From the IMG/VR virus record IMGVR_UViG_3300021966_000003, positions 1-58,207 of that record: a stretch of DNA of 58,207 nt; one strand, given 5' to 3'. Position numbers and translations under genes: made by a program. The notes below the pieces were generated by a model. That model was given only the letters and a program-made list of their open reading frames with translations, had not been told where the DNA came from and searched no databases. This document shows, piece by piece, positions 29,000 to 38,317 of this stretch. Numbering within the stretch: the first letter of the stretch is position 1; every line of letters starts with the position of its first letter. The stretch comes from a virus. Its lineage: Duplodnaviria > Caudoviricetes.

Positions 29000-29214
29000 T
29001 GAATATGGAGGTTGAATTACCTGTAATTCCGCAGGAAATCGCTGATTATATTGAGTCTGAGAAAGCGTTTGGTAAAGAAAATGATATTAGCTGTCTGGGA
29101 AATATCTTTTATGATGCTTTAGAGTTCGGAGATCCAACAGGATGGGCTGGCTGGATCTATGACCACGAACGTGAGGTTGCGTTAGCCTATTTAGTCGGAT
29201 ATACAATTAAATAA
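28999..29214 (+). CDS. DUF1642-like protein
   Basis: PVIPQEIADYIE...ALAYLVGYTIK. Confidence 0.7.
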   Translation: MNMEVELPVIPQEIADYIESEKAFGKENDISCLGNIFYDALEFGDPTGWAGWIYDHEREVALAYLVGYTIK

Positions 29215-29280
29215 AAATAACACTTGTAATTATAACTCAATTGAGTTATAATTATTACATAAGTTAAGGAGGAATGAATA

Positions 29281-29748
29281 ATGAAGATTGTTGTTAAGAC
29301 GAAAAACAAAACAGTCAAGAAGTTAAAAGTAGGAGATTTTACTATTGATGGGCCTAGCAGATCATCTATGTTGGTATTCGAGGCTGACGGGGAACGCTAT
29401 CAAGTTGGTTTAAACGATGGGCACGTGGTTTCTGCTTCATTAGATGAAGATGGTCGAATGTACTTTTATATTACGGAACATAAGGCGAAATTAAAAGTTA
29501 AGATCAGCGATGAGGACTTTTTAAAATTGAGTAATGACTTTAATTATGAAGTCGGCCAGATTATTATTTTTATGGGGCAAGCATATATCAATGTCTATAA
29601 TGACGAAACTGAAAAGTTTGCGCAAGTTTGTCTATCCAGTGGCTTTTCTAACGGTTGGTATGATTCATTAGAAAAACTTGAAGATAATATCAAGAATTCA
29701 CTTGAAAGGTTGTATAATAAAGATATTAAAGAAAAAGGCTGGGGATAA
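29281..29748 (+). CDS. Hypothetical protein
   Basis: AGGAGG RBS; WYDSLEKL motif shared with 27601..28041. Confidence 0.7.
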   Translation: MKIVVKTKNKTVKKLKVGDFTIDGPSRSSMLVFEADGERYQVGLNDGHVVSASLDEDGRMYFYITEHKAKLKVKISDEDFLKLSNDFNYEVGQIIIFMGQAYINVYNDETEKFAQVCLSSGFSNGWYDSLEKLEDNIKNSLERLYNKDIKEKGWG

Positions 29749-29750
29749 AA

Positions 29751-29963
29751 ATGGAAGATGAGATTGAAAAAGTAATTGAAAATATTAATTTAGAAATTTA
29801 TGAATTGAGAACAAAAAATGATAAACTTGAACGGTTTTTGGATTTACACGGTAATGATATTTCAAAAGAGCAAAAATCTCTGTTAGATCAGCAAAGTGGA
29901 CTACAAGTAACTTTAATTAGCGTATTAACTGATCGTCGTGATGATTTGTTAAAATCAGAATAG
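29751..29963 (+). CDS. Small coiled-coil protein
   Basis: KLERFL...LLDQQ...VLTDR. Confidence 0.65.
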   Translation: MEDEIEKVIENINLEIYELRTKNDKLERFLDLHGNDISKEQKSLLDQQSGLQVTLISVLTDRRDDLLKSE

Positions 29964-29975
29964 GAGGAATATATT

Positions 29976-30425
29976 ATGGTTAAAGTAGGAGATATCGTAA
30001 CAATTAAAAGTGTTCAAGGGTTAGAAAATCGCACGGGGCACCGACATATTCATTTAAATGAAGAAATGAACTATTATGCTGGTGAAACGGCGAAGGTTGA
30101 TAGTATTGATGATCGTGATGACTCATTTACACTGAAAGATGTGATTGGTCTGTATAATGGCAATCAGTGGTATTGGGATAACACCATGACTAAGAAACAA
30201 AAGTTTTTCATTAAGCTTGGTAATGGAGACTTTGTGAATATCAAAAAAGAAGAAGACGAGTTATTTGTTACAGATAACAGAGTTACCTCGGATGTTGACA
30301 CTCAGTTTAAGATCAAGAAGGCTAAGAAGATCAAGAAGCGTTTCTTAAAAGAATTTGATAATTATAACGAATCTGATGTAAAAATCGTCCCAGTGCTAAC
30401 GGATGCTGATATTACGGTATTTTAA
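29976..30425 (+). CDS. Hypothetical protein, N-terminus paralogous to 30545..31165
   Basis: KVGD..EMNYYAGET..WYW. Confidence 0.75.
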   Translation: MVKVGDIVTIKSVQGLENRTGHRHIHLNEEMNYYAGETAKVDSIDDRDDSFTLKDVIGLYNGNQWYWDNTMTKKQKFFIKLGNGDFVNIKKEEDELFVTDNRVTSDVDTQFKIKKAKKIKKRFLKEFDNYNESDVKIVPVLTDADITVF

Positions 30426-30450
30426 CTGTAATTATGATTGTTACACTTTA

Positions 30451-30514
30451 GAAACGCCGGTATATCAACGTTTTGAAACGCTAAAACCTAAATAAAAGTT
30501 GAATTTTATTTAAG
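30451..30514. other. Putative recombinase-type site
   Basis: TAAATAAAA-GTTGAA-TTTTATTTA (9-6-9 inverted repeat) preceded by AAACG...TATATCAACGTTT. Confidence 0.4.
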
Positions 30515-30544
30515 ACGTGATTTTGACACAGGAAAGGATAAATT

Positions 30545-31165
30545 ATGAAATACAAAGTTGGAGACAAAGTTCGAGTTAAAGATAGCTTGATCTCAAATGA
30601 AAGTTATGATGGTATTATATTTGTTGACAGTATGGAAAAATACGGTGGTGAAACTCATACTATTACAAAAATTAATGAAAGTTATTATGGAATTGATGAA
30701 GATGGGGACTGGAATTGGTCTGATGGTATGCTAGACCCGGCAGATAAAAAAGAACGTTATATTGTATTTTTCGGAGAAGATCGAAGGTTTTATCTTGGGT
30801 CACTTGATGGCAAAGGGATTCTCATGAAATACAACGGAATTGATGAACTTGATGATATTGCTGGTTTCACTCAGAAAAAAGCACTTAAATTGATGCAAGG
30901 TATTAAAGGAATCGGAAAAGTCGAATTCGTAAAGTTAGAAAAAGAATCTGATGAAGAAAAAACGCTGTACGTAGTATCGGATACTTCTAAAACTTTAGGT
31001 TTCCAATTCTTAAATCATGAGGTAGTTAATAACACGTATTGTTTTCTTGGATCTGGAGAAAACGCATTATACAAAACCCACCTAACTAAAAAGCAAGCGT
31101 TGGAAGGAATTAATAGGTTAAAAGATGTTATTGATTTAAATTGTTTAGAAATTAAAGAAGTTTAA
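30545..31165 (+). CDS. Hypothetical protein
   Basis: KYKVGDKVRV..SMEKYGGET..WNWSDGML. Confidence 0.75.
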   Translation: MKYKVGDKVRVKDSLISNESYDGIIFVDSMEKYGGETHTITKINESYYGIDEDGDWNWSDGMLDPADKKERYIVFFGEDRRFYLGSLDGKGILMKYNGIDELDDIAGFTQKKALKLMQGIKGIGKVEFVKLEKESDEEKTLYVVSDTSKTLGFQFLNHEVVNNTYCFLGSGENALYKTHLTKKQALEGINRLKDVIDLNCLEIKEV

Positions 31166-31171
31166 TTAACT

Positions 31172-31208
31172 AATAGGAGTTGACGCTCCTATTTTTTTGT
31201 GCTATAAT
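31172..31208 (+). promoter_or_regulatory. Overlapping terminator and promoter
   Basis: AATAGGAG-TTGACG-CTCCTATT-T run, TATAAT at 17 nt. Confidence 0.8.
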
Positions 31209-31303
31209 ATATATTGATAGATAAGCGAGTGAGACTGGGACAGGCAGACTTGCAGAAAAGTAGTTAGTTAGTTTATCAATGATATAAAATAGGAGGAATT
31301 ACT

Positions 31304-31804
31304 ATGTTTAATAGCGAAAAGGAATATGACGATCGAGTATTATATTTAGAAGCACGGGAAGCTGAATTAGAAGATTTAATCAATGAAGGTATTGCACGAG
31401 AATCTAATTTAATGGATCGTTTATCTGAGTCAGAGGGTACGAACGAAGTTCTTCGGAAGAAATTAGAAGATCAAGTAAGTATTAACAGCTCGTTAAGTGA
31501 TAGGATTAGCGCTAGCGATATTCAGTCCGGACCATTATTATCATTGCCGTCATTTCTTATTAGTGATGACGAACGAATTGATGCAGTTCATCCAGACCAC
31601 TACGATAACGGTCACGGTGATGTTATCGAACACTTAGAAGGATTGTTCTCAAAAGATGCGTATGAAGGGTTTATGGTTGGTAATGTAATTAAATATCTGG
31701 AACGCATGAATAAGAAACACAATTCTCCATTTGAAGATATTGATAAGGCAACCTACTATATTAAACGATTGCGTGAGTTCGAAGAAAAGCAGGTGAAACA
31801 ATGA
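31304..31804 (+). CDS. DUF3310 (SaV-like) domain protein with N-terminal coiled coil
   Basis: VHPDHY; GFMVGNVIKYLER; EDIDKATYY. Confidence 0.85.
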   Translation: MFNSEKEYDDRVLYLEAREAELEDLINEGIARESNLMDRLSESEGTNEVLRKKLEDQVSINSSLSDRISASDIQSGPLLSLPSFLISDDERIDAVHPDHYDNGHGDVIEHLEGLFSKDAYEGFMVGNVIKYLERMNKKHNSPFEDIDKATYYIKRLREFEEKQVKQ

Positions 31805-32157
31805 AAGAAATTAAGTATTTTGAATCTCCTAATGGTGGTATGGTTCAGACGATCATCGTTAGAACCGCTAGGGATAACTATTACGATGCGATGATTCTTG
31901 TTTTAGCTGTTGGTAATACGTCTTCTAAGGCCATTTCAGAGTTATTTGATGATATGTTCCCGGAAACAGTAGCTGTACGAGTCATTGAAGTAAAGGCTAC
32001 TAATTATATTAATGATAATTTACAAGAACTTACAGAAGATATCAGTCAACTAAACGATCGAACTGTTGAAAATGCAATGAAGATTGTGACTAATTTATTT
32101 CAGTATGCTAAGTTCGCTGAACGAGATATTTCAACCACAGAAAGTAAAGAAGGTTAA
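31801..32157 (+). CDS. Hypothetical protein
   Basis: Coupled ORF. Confidence 0.7.
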   Translation: MKEIKYFESPNGGMVQTIIVRTARDNYYDAMILVLAVGNTSSKAISELFDDMFPETVAVRVIEVKATNYINDNLQELTEDISQLNDRTVENAMKIVTNLFQYAKFAERDISTTESKEG

Positions 32158-32162
32158 ATAAT

Positions 32163-32669
32163 ATGAGTGTAACCAAAGATTTACAGGCGTTTGTATTAGG
32201 GTATTTTGAAGATAACAGAATTGAATTACGAGAAATTGTTAATGCAGTAATCGAAAATCAAAAACGGTATTATCAAGACTTAGATCGAGTTGAGGTATTA
32301 CGTGCGCTAGATGCGATTCTAAGCAAGCGTGATGTACTACAAGCGATTAGTGTTGCAATCAACCTAGATGAATTGGCTGAACAAGGGTTGTTACTGGGTC
32401 CGCTGCAAGAACTTGTATCCAACGATTATCCATTCTATGGTGTCGATGAAGGCATCGCAATGCTGATTGGAATGGAAAACGGGCCTATTGCATTAAGTAA
32501 TTTTGGATTCCAAGATGTTGTTAAGTCTGGGGTAGCTAAGCGTCTTGACGAAGAACAAAAGAAAACTGGGCGTGTACGAACGCATATTGATGATGTAGTG
32601 AGTGCGCTAGTTAGTTCAACTGCAGCAAAGGTTAGTCACACACGAGAAAATATTGAGGAGAATGCCTAA
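32163..32669 (+). CDS. PgpA/YutG-like phosphatidylglycerophosphatase family protein
   Basis: LSKRDV..INLDELAEQG..YGVDE..NFGFQDVVK. Confidence 0.75.
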   Translation: MSVTKDLQAFVLGYFEDNRIELREIVNAVIENQKRYYQDLDRVEVLRALDAILSKRDVLQAISVAINLDELAEQGLLLGPLQELVSNDYPFYGVDEGIAMLIGMENGPIALSNFGFQDVVKSGVAKRLDEEQKKTGRVRTHIDDVVSALVSSTAAKVSHTRENIEENA

Positions 32670-32914
32670 TGAGTGAAGCAGAAGAAAAGTTATCGGCTAT
32701 GATTTTGGAAGATTTGGAAACACGTGATGCACTTGCATCATTGTACTTATTTGACGATGAATTTGTGCAGCGTTTAATGAAAATTGTATTTGACGAAGAA
32801 AAGAAAACCGATCTAAAAAAGGATATGGTTGTAGGGCAGATTAAGGAAATTGAAAATGAAGTCGGGCTTGATTTACTTAGTTTCTTCAAAAATCCAGATG
32901 AGGTGTTTGATTAA
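32669..32914 (+). CDS. Hypothetical protein
   Basis: Coupled ORF. Confidence 0.65.
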   Translation: MSEAEEKLSAMILEDLETRDALASLYLFDDEFVQRLMKIVFDEEKKTDLKKDMVVGQIKEIENEVGLDLLSFFKNPDEVFD

Positions 32915-33195
32915 TGAAAGAATACCTTGTCACAATCTTACGTAATCCGATCTGCTCAAAGTGTGACTTTACAGAACGAATGTTTAGATCCGCTGGGATT
33001 AACTTTGACGAGAAGCTTATTCCAGAACTTAATGACAGTGAGCTGCAAGAAATCAGAGAGAAAGGTTATATGCAGGCCCCTGTGGTGGTGGTTGATATAT
33101 GGGACCAGTACGAAGAAGATCCGATTCACTTGGAATGGTCTGACTTACAGGTTAACAAGATCAAAGATACTATCAAGTTGATTAAAGGAGAATAG
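32914..33195 (+). CDS. NrdH-like glutaredoxin
   Basis: CSKC; GYMQAPVV; WS. Confidence 0.85.
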   Translation: MKEYLVTILRNPICSKCDFTERMFRSAGINFDEKLIPELNDSELQEIREKGYMQAPVVVVDIWDQYEEDPIHLEWSDLQVNKIKDTIKLIKGE

Positions 33196-33197
33196 TA

Positions 33198-33599
33198 ATG
33201 GAAGTCAAAAATAGAGAACTATACCAGTTTGATAAGAAAGTTGGAGTACTACCTAGTGTAAAACGGATTAACAACAATAAAACACTTGGCAAAGATGTTG
33301 TTGTAACTACTGTAGGATCTGATTTAGTATTTGGAGATGACCAATTTGCGGCTTGTGTGTCTGCTGGCGGTGCAGGAACTCCGGCAGTAGCATTACACTT
33401 TGCTACTCTTCAACCAGCGTTAAGACAGAAGCTGACAGCTAATGCGTTTAAGTATGCTTTGTTAATCAGCTTTATTAAAGAAACAGAAGAATTCTTTTTA
33501 GTTGGCGCACGAGATAAGTTCACTGATAAAGAATTAACACAAGAAGAATTTGATTCGTTGTATGACAGTTTCGATGAAACAATTGGATATCCACAATAA
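33198..33599 (+). CDS. Hypothetical protein
   Basis: AAGGAG RBS. Confidence 0.7.
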   Translation: MEVKNRELYQFDKKVGVLPSVKRINNNKTLGKDVVVTTVGSDLVFGDDQFAACVSAGGAGTPAVALHFATLQPALRQKLTANAFKYALLISFIKETEEFFLVGARDKFTDKELTQEEFDSLYDSFDETIGYPQ

Positions 33600-33604
33600 A
33601 TATT

Positions 33605-33641
33605 AAGAACCCTTGACTTTGGGTTCTTTTTTTGATATAAT
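33605..33641 (+). promoter_or_regulatory. Overlapping terminator and promoter
   Basis: AAGAACCC-TTGACTTT-GGGTTCTT-T run, TGATATAAT. Confidence 0.8.
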
Positions 33642-33668
33642 ATTATTATAGAAATGGAGGAATTCATT

Positions 33669-33881
33669 ATGGAAATTAGATATATCAATAAATCTCCGTG
33701 GCTAGTTATTGGGGGATTAGAATACCCTCTGGTTTCATTGAATGCATACTACGAAACTTCTGACGGTCACAGTGACGGTATTAATATGTTTGTAGCAGAA
33801 TATATTTACGTTAATGGTATTCCAGATGCTAATGGAGAGTATCCACATTTCACTATTCGCATCGGAGGCGATGAATTATGA
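33669..33881 (+). CDS. Hypothetical protein
   Basis: GGAGG RBS before MEIR. Confidence 0.65.
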   Translation: MEIRYINKSPWLVIGGLEYPLVSLNAYYETSDGHSDGINMFVAEYIYVNGIPDANGEYPHFTIRIGGDEL

Positions 33882-34801
33882 GGACTATTCATGTAATGGT
33901 TGGAGCTAGTGGATCTGGAAAGAGCACGTTTGTTGGCAATAATGTTAAACAAGGTGACTCGATCGTTGAATCTTATTTTATTCGAGAAACTAATGGCCTT
34001 GGGTATAGCAAAGAAGATAACAAAACTGTATTTTCACATGCTGAAAATGACGTTGAATCCTATATTGTTAATGGCGATGAAGGCAATTTATGGTTTGATG
34101 CAACTAACCTTGATCGAAATCAACGACGTATCAAGTTTAACAAGTGGACTGATATGGCTTGGGATACTGGACTGCCAGTAATAATTGAAATTCATTTTAT
34201 GTTTGCTAGTATTTATACATTACTACATCATAATGAGCTTCGTGAAGATAGTGTAACGGTTCAATATCTATGGAATAATTGGTTGCCTGATATTCCTCGT
34301 GTTGGCGTAGATTGTCACAGTTTTACTTTTGAGGGTGCGGATGATATGATTAGCGAAGTTGGGCTACTAAAAATATTAATGAATTATACTGAAAATAACC
34401 CGTATCATTCAGAGTCTTTAAATAGTCACATTACAGATGTTGCTCTGGGATGCATTAAACAGGGACTGCCATTTGATATTGGATACTATCATGACACTGG
34501 AAAACCTTGGACGATTCATACAGACAACAATGGTATTACTCATAATATTGGTCATGAGAAGTTAGGAGCTATGTTTTACTTAGCTAGTAATATTAATGAT
34601 CATATTATTAATAATAAGTTTGATTGGACCCATAACACAGAGGAACAGGATGGGGCTGAAATTATTTATCAACATATGAATGCCGTTAATAACGATGGGA
34701 AACTAGGAAAGAAAAATATTAAAAAGAATAAACTTGAAAAATTAGTACGGCGGATTGAATTATTCGCTGAAATTGATAAAGGGGCTGCGAAAAGAAAATG
34801 A
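33878..34801 (+). CDS. Polynucleotide kinase-like P-loop domain fused to HD phosphohydrolase
   Basis: GASGSGKST, DATN..R; NPYH...H, YHDTGK, GHE, HM. Confidence 0.8.
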   Translation: MRTIHVMVGASGSGKSTFVGNNVKQGDSIVESYFIRETNGLGYSKEDNKTVFSHAENDVESYIVNGDEGNLWFDATNLDRNQRRIKFNKWTDMAWDTGLPVIIEIHFMFASIYTLLHHNELREDSVTVQYLWNNWLPDIPRVGVDCHSFTFEGADDMISEVGLLKILMNYTENNPYHSESLNSHITDVALGCIKQGLPFDIGYYHDTGKPWTIHTDNNGITHNIGHEKLGAMFYLASNINDHIINNKFDWTHNTEEQDGAEIIYQHMNAVNNDGKLGKKNIKKNKLEKLVRRIELFAEIDKGAAKRK

Positions 34802-35238
34802 AAAACATCTATTTAGCTGGTGGTATTTACAGTGGTGTTCAGAAGGATATGGTTGAATCTGCACGAACTCAACTAGACTTAAATGAGTCTGTAGGTGATG
34901 TATTTGATCCGTTCAACGAACGTACAGGGGTACCATTTGATCCTAATGACCAAGCGTGGAAGCTAGCAACATTCCAGAGTGATCTTCACGGTATTGAAGG
35001 ATCAGATGTTGTAGTAGCATTATATGATGTGGACAAGCCGGATACAGGTACTGTATTTGAAATTGGTTATGCTTACGCTATTCATAAGCCAGTGTTGTTA
35101 GTAGTGAGCCGAGACGATGCACCAATTAACTTGATGGAACTTCAAGGAGCTACTAATGTAACGACGATTGAAGTGTTGAGTTTAATTGACTTTAAACGTC
35201 CATTGCGCTATACTATTACCGATATGGAATCACTATAG
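34798..35238 (+). CDS. Nucleoside 2-deoxyribosyltransferase
   Basis: IYLAG; FQSDL; DTGTVFEIGYAYA; NLM. Confidence 0.88.
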   Translation: MKNIYLAGGIYSGVQKDMVESARTQLDLNESVGDVFDPFNERTGVPFDPNDQAWKLATFQSDLHGIEGSDVVVALYDVDKPDTGTVFEIGYAYAIHKPVLLVVSRDDAPINLMELQGATNVTTIEVLSLIDFKRPLRYTITDMESL

Positions 35239-35248
35239 GAGGAATGAA

Positions 35249-35959
35249 ATGATTTATGTAAACGCAAGTATTGGTGCAGGGAAGTCAAGTCTAGTAAAGA
35301 TTTTGTCAGAAGACTTAGGTACACCTGCATTTTTTGAAGAGGTTGAAGGAAATGAAATGTTAAAAAAATTCTATGCTACAGGACCGGAATCACGAGAAGC
35401 CTTAGCATTCCCACTACAAATTTCATTCTTAGTTGGTCGGTTTGAACAGTTACGACGAGGAATTCAACTTGCACAAGAATTAGGTGTTAAGAACACAGTA
35501 TATGATAGTTCGTTATTAAGTGACTCTATCATGGCACGTAACTTGCATAAGCGGGGAGAATTCCCAGACGCAGAATATCATTTATATATGCGAACGGTTC
35601 AACAAATGGTATCAAGTATTTCTGCAAATGCATCTGCGCCGATCCCTGATGTAGTTATCTATTTGAAAATTAGTCCAGAAAAAGAAATTGAGCAAATTGC
35701 AACTCGCGGACGAGACATTGAAGTTCTTGATGAAGATCGTATTAATTACTTCAAGGATGTTAACGGTATTTATCACAATTGGGCTGAAAGTTATTCTCAA
35801 TCACGTATGATTACTATTGATATGGATGAAGTTGATTTTGTTAATAATCCTTCCGATCGAATTGACGTTCTCAATCATATTGAAGACGTGTTACAACAAG
35901 AAGGGTTATTGTCAGAAAAAGATCGTGAAGAGATTTTAAAACGGCGAGGAGACAAATAA
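35249..35959 (+). CDS. Deoxynucleoside kinase
   Basis: ASIGAGKSS; FPLQISFL; PDVVIYL; RGRDIE. Confidence 0.9.
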   Translation: MIYVNASIGAGKSSLVKILSEDLGTPAFFEEVEGNEMLKKFYATGPESREALAFPLQISFLVGRFEQLRRGIQLAQELGVKNTVYDSSLLSDSIMARNLHKRGEFPDAEYHLYMRTVQQMVSSISANASAPIPDVVIYLKISPEKEIEQIATRGRDIEVLDEDRINYFKDVNGIYHNWAESYSQSRMITIDMDEVDFVNNPSDRIDVLNHIEDVLQQEGLLSEKDREEILKRRGDK

Positions 35960-36174
35960 TGAAGGAACATTTGAAAGTTATCTTAATTAGCACAATCTCA
36001 ATGCTGTTGATCTATGCAGTTTTGTTTATCCAATCATATATCTTAGTTGATGCTATTATTGGATTTAATACACCATATCGATTTGTTGCGTTACTTGCTG
36101 CTAGATTAGCGATGATTGTTTATTCAGCAGCTTTGATTGGTAAGAACATTTGGAAATTAGTTTTAATGGATTAA
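35959..36174 (+). CDS. Small two-TM membrane protein
   Basis: Two hydrophobic segments. Confidence 0.65.
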   Translation: MKEHLKVILISTISMLLIYAVLFIQSYILVDAIIGFNTPYRFVALLAARLAMIVYSAALIGKNIWKLVLMD

Positions 36175-36183
36175 TAAAGATGC

Positions 36184-36222
36184 GGCTGGGAGATTGACTT
36201 CTCTCAGCTTTTTTGATATAAT
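36184..36222 (+). promoter_or_regulatory. Overlapping terminator and promoter
   Basis: GGCTGGGAGA-TTGACT-TCTCTCAGCT-T run, TGATATAAT. Confidence 0.8.
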
Positions 36223-36242
36223 AATATAAATGAGGTGAAAAA

Positions 36243-36728
36243 ATGGCAGAGAGAAAAGTTAAATGTTATCACAAAGATTGCTTAGAACACAATTTAAAAT
36301 ATAATAAATCTGAAATGACTGAGATTAAAGGCAAACGATATTGCTCAGTTCATGCATCGGAAGTCGAGCAGGAAACTGAATATCAGCAATTACTATATCG
36401 AGCGTTAAGGAGCGAATTTAACGAGCGAATACTACCGGGGATGATTTACGCCCAGATTAAAAACCTGATGAAAGATGGAGCAACGTACGTCGGACTTTAT
36501 CAAACATTTATATTTATGAAGAGGACGAAAAATATTTCATTCGAATTAAAGTACGGCATCGGACTGATGAAAAATTACTATAATGAAGGTCGAGGGTATG
36601 ATCCAGAAAAGCCTTCTCAAAAAATTACTAACAATATTGACGGAACTCGTGTCGTGATTAAGAAGCCAGAATATCATCGACATGTTATGAATGAGATTAA
36701 GGGAGATGGATTGTTTGACGATGAATAG
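36243..36728 (+). CDS. Replication-associated protein upstream of the helicase, possibly Zn-binding
   Basis: C..C...C..H N-terminus; GIGLM..YY; position in operon. Confidence 0.65.
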   Translation: MAERKVKCYHKDCLEHNLKYNKSEMTEIKGKRYCSVHASEVEQETEYQQLLYRALRSEFNERILPGMIYAQIKNLMKDGATYVGLYQTFIFMKRTKNISFELKYGIGLMKNYYNEGRGYDPEKPSQKITNNIDGTRVVIKKPEYHRHVMNEIKGDGLFDDE

Positions 36729-38307
36729 AAGCTCACTAAAACTATTAAATCCACAAAGCCAGATTTATAACGTATTAGGAAACGTTGCTAATAATCCCGG
36801 TTTAATTCTGGATAATAATTTAAAATTAGAAAAGAAGGACTTCCCGCTTCCGTTTCATCGAACAATTTTCTTTGCTATCAACAACCTTGTTGCTAGCACG
36901 GGAAAATTAGATGAAATTGGTGCGTTAGATGTAGATACTTATCTAAGTCAGTTTGAAGAATACTATAAAGTGTTTAACGATAATGATGGCATTAACTGGC
37001 TGCAAGATGCAAAAGATACTGCTAATAAGGGTACATTCGTGATGAATTATCATTACGTTAAGAAAATGTCTGTACTTCGTATGTTGATTAAAAAAGGATT
37101 CGATATATCAGAACTATATAACTTGTCAACTGATGACAATGAAGTGCTATCTGCTCAACAACAAGCTCTTAATGACATGAGCGAAGAAGAAGTTGTCAAT
37201 CACTTTATGCAAGACGTGTCTGAAATTAAAGATGTTGTATCTGGATGGAAGAACAGCTCTGAATCATTCATGGCTGGCGATGGTATTATGGATCTTATTG
37301 ACAGAGCAGACGATAATCCTATGTATGGATATGGGTTCACGGATGAATATCTAAATACGTTCACGGGCGGTATGCAGCTTGGTAAGCTTATGCTTCGGTC
37401 TTTAGTTACTGGTGGTGGTAAGACTCGCTTAGGGTTGCTAGATATGCTTAATGTATCTGCTACTGAGATTCGCAATGCCAAGACTGGCCGATGGATGAAA
37501 CAAGAGAGTCCGGATACTTCATTATTTATTTCAACCGAATTGGAGAAAGATGAAATTCAACTAATTCTATTAGCAGCAGTAACTAGATTAAGTCCTAGTA
37601 TCATCAAAAAAGGGGGGTTTAGTGACGAGGTTCATGACATTCTCGTACACGGAGCGCAGGTGCTACATGATACAAATATCTATTTTACAACGTTATTAGA
37701 GTTTGATATTCAGGATGTGACAAGCACTATTGAACGCAATGTATTGGAACACGGTGTTAAGTACGTTAACTTTGATTATATTCAAGCGTCGTCTAAGTTA
37801 CTTCGGTCTGGAAACGAGCTATTCGGTGGTCGTGAAACACGTGATGACCAACTATTGTTAGAGCTTACAAAAGCGTTAAAGGACCAAGCAGCTGATTTAG
37901 GGATCTTTATTGAAACCGCAACCCAATTGAATGGTGAAAATTCTGATGACTATATGATTTCTCGTACCCAAGGTGCACTACGTGGTGCTAAAAGTATCGC
38001 TGACAAGATTGATATCGGTATGATTACTGCCAATCTCAACAGTAAAGATATCTCTAATCTGCAGGATATTATTAATGATCCAGTTGCTAATCCAACAGGT
38101 ATGACACCAGACCAAGGATCTTTCATCTACAAGAACCGACTGGGAGATAAAGGCGTTGTCATCTGGTCGAAAGTTGATTTAGGTATGTTAACGTACTATC
38201 CTTTATTTGTAACAGACTACAATTATAATCGACTTGATGTAGAACGCACTTCTATTAGCGTCAAGGATGACGGGAATTACACAGTTAAAGATAATATTAA
38301 ATTCTAG
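36721..38307 (+). CDS. DnaB-like replicative helicase
   Basis: TGGGKTR; FISTE; FDYI; ATQLN; LRGAKSIADKID; KNR. Confidence 0.92.
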   Translation: MNRSSLKLLNPQSQIYNVLGNVANNPGLILDNNLKLEKKDFPLPFHRTIFFAINNLVASTGKLDEIGALDVDTYLSQFEEYYKVFNDNDGINWLQDAKDTANKGTFVMNYHYVKKMSVLRMLIKKGFDISELYNLSTDDNEVLSAQQQALNDMSEEEVVNHFMQDVSEIKDVVSGWKNSSESFMAGDGIMDLIDRADDNPMYGYGFTDEYLNTFTGGMQLGKLMLRSLVTGGGKTRLGLLDMLNVSATEIRNAKTGRWMKQESPDTSLFISTELEKDEIQLILLAAVTRLSPSIIKKGGFSDEVHDILVHGAQVLHDTNIYFTTLLEFDIQDVTSTIERNVLEHGVKYVNFDYIQASSKLLRSGNELFGGRETRDDQLLLELTKALKDQAADLGIFIETATQLNGENSDDYMISRTQGALRGAKSIADKIDIGMITANLNSKDISNLQDIINDPVANPTGMTPDQGSFIYKNRLGDKGVVIWSKVDLGMLTYYPLFVTDYNYNRLDVERTSISVKDDGNYTVKDNIKF

Positions 38308-38317
38308 GAGGTAAACT

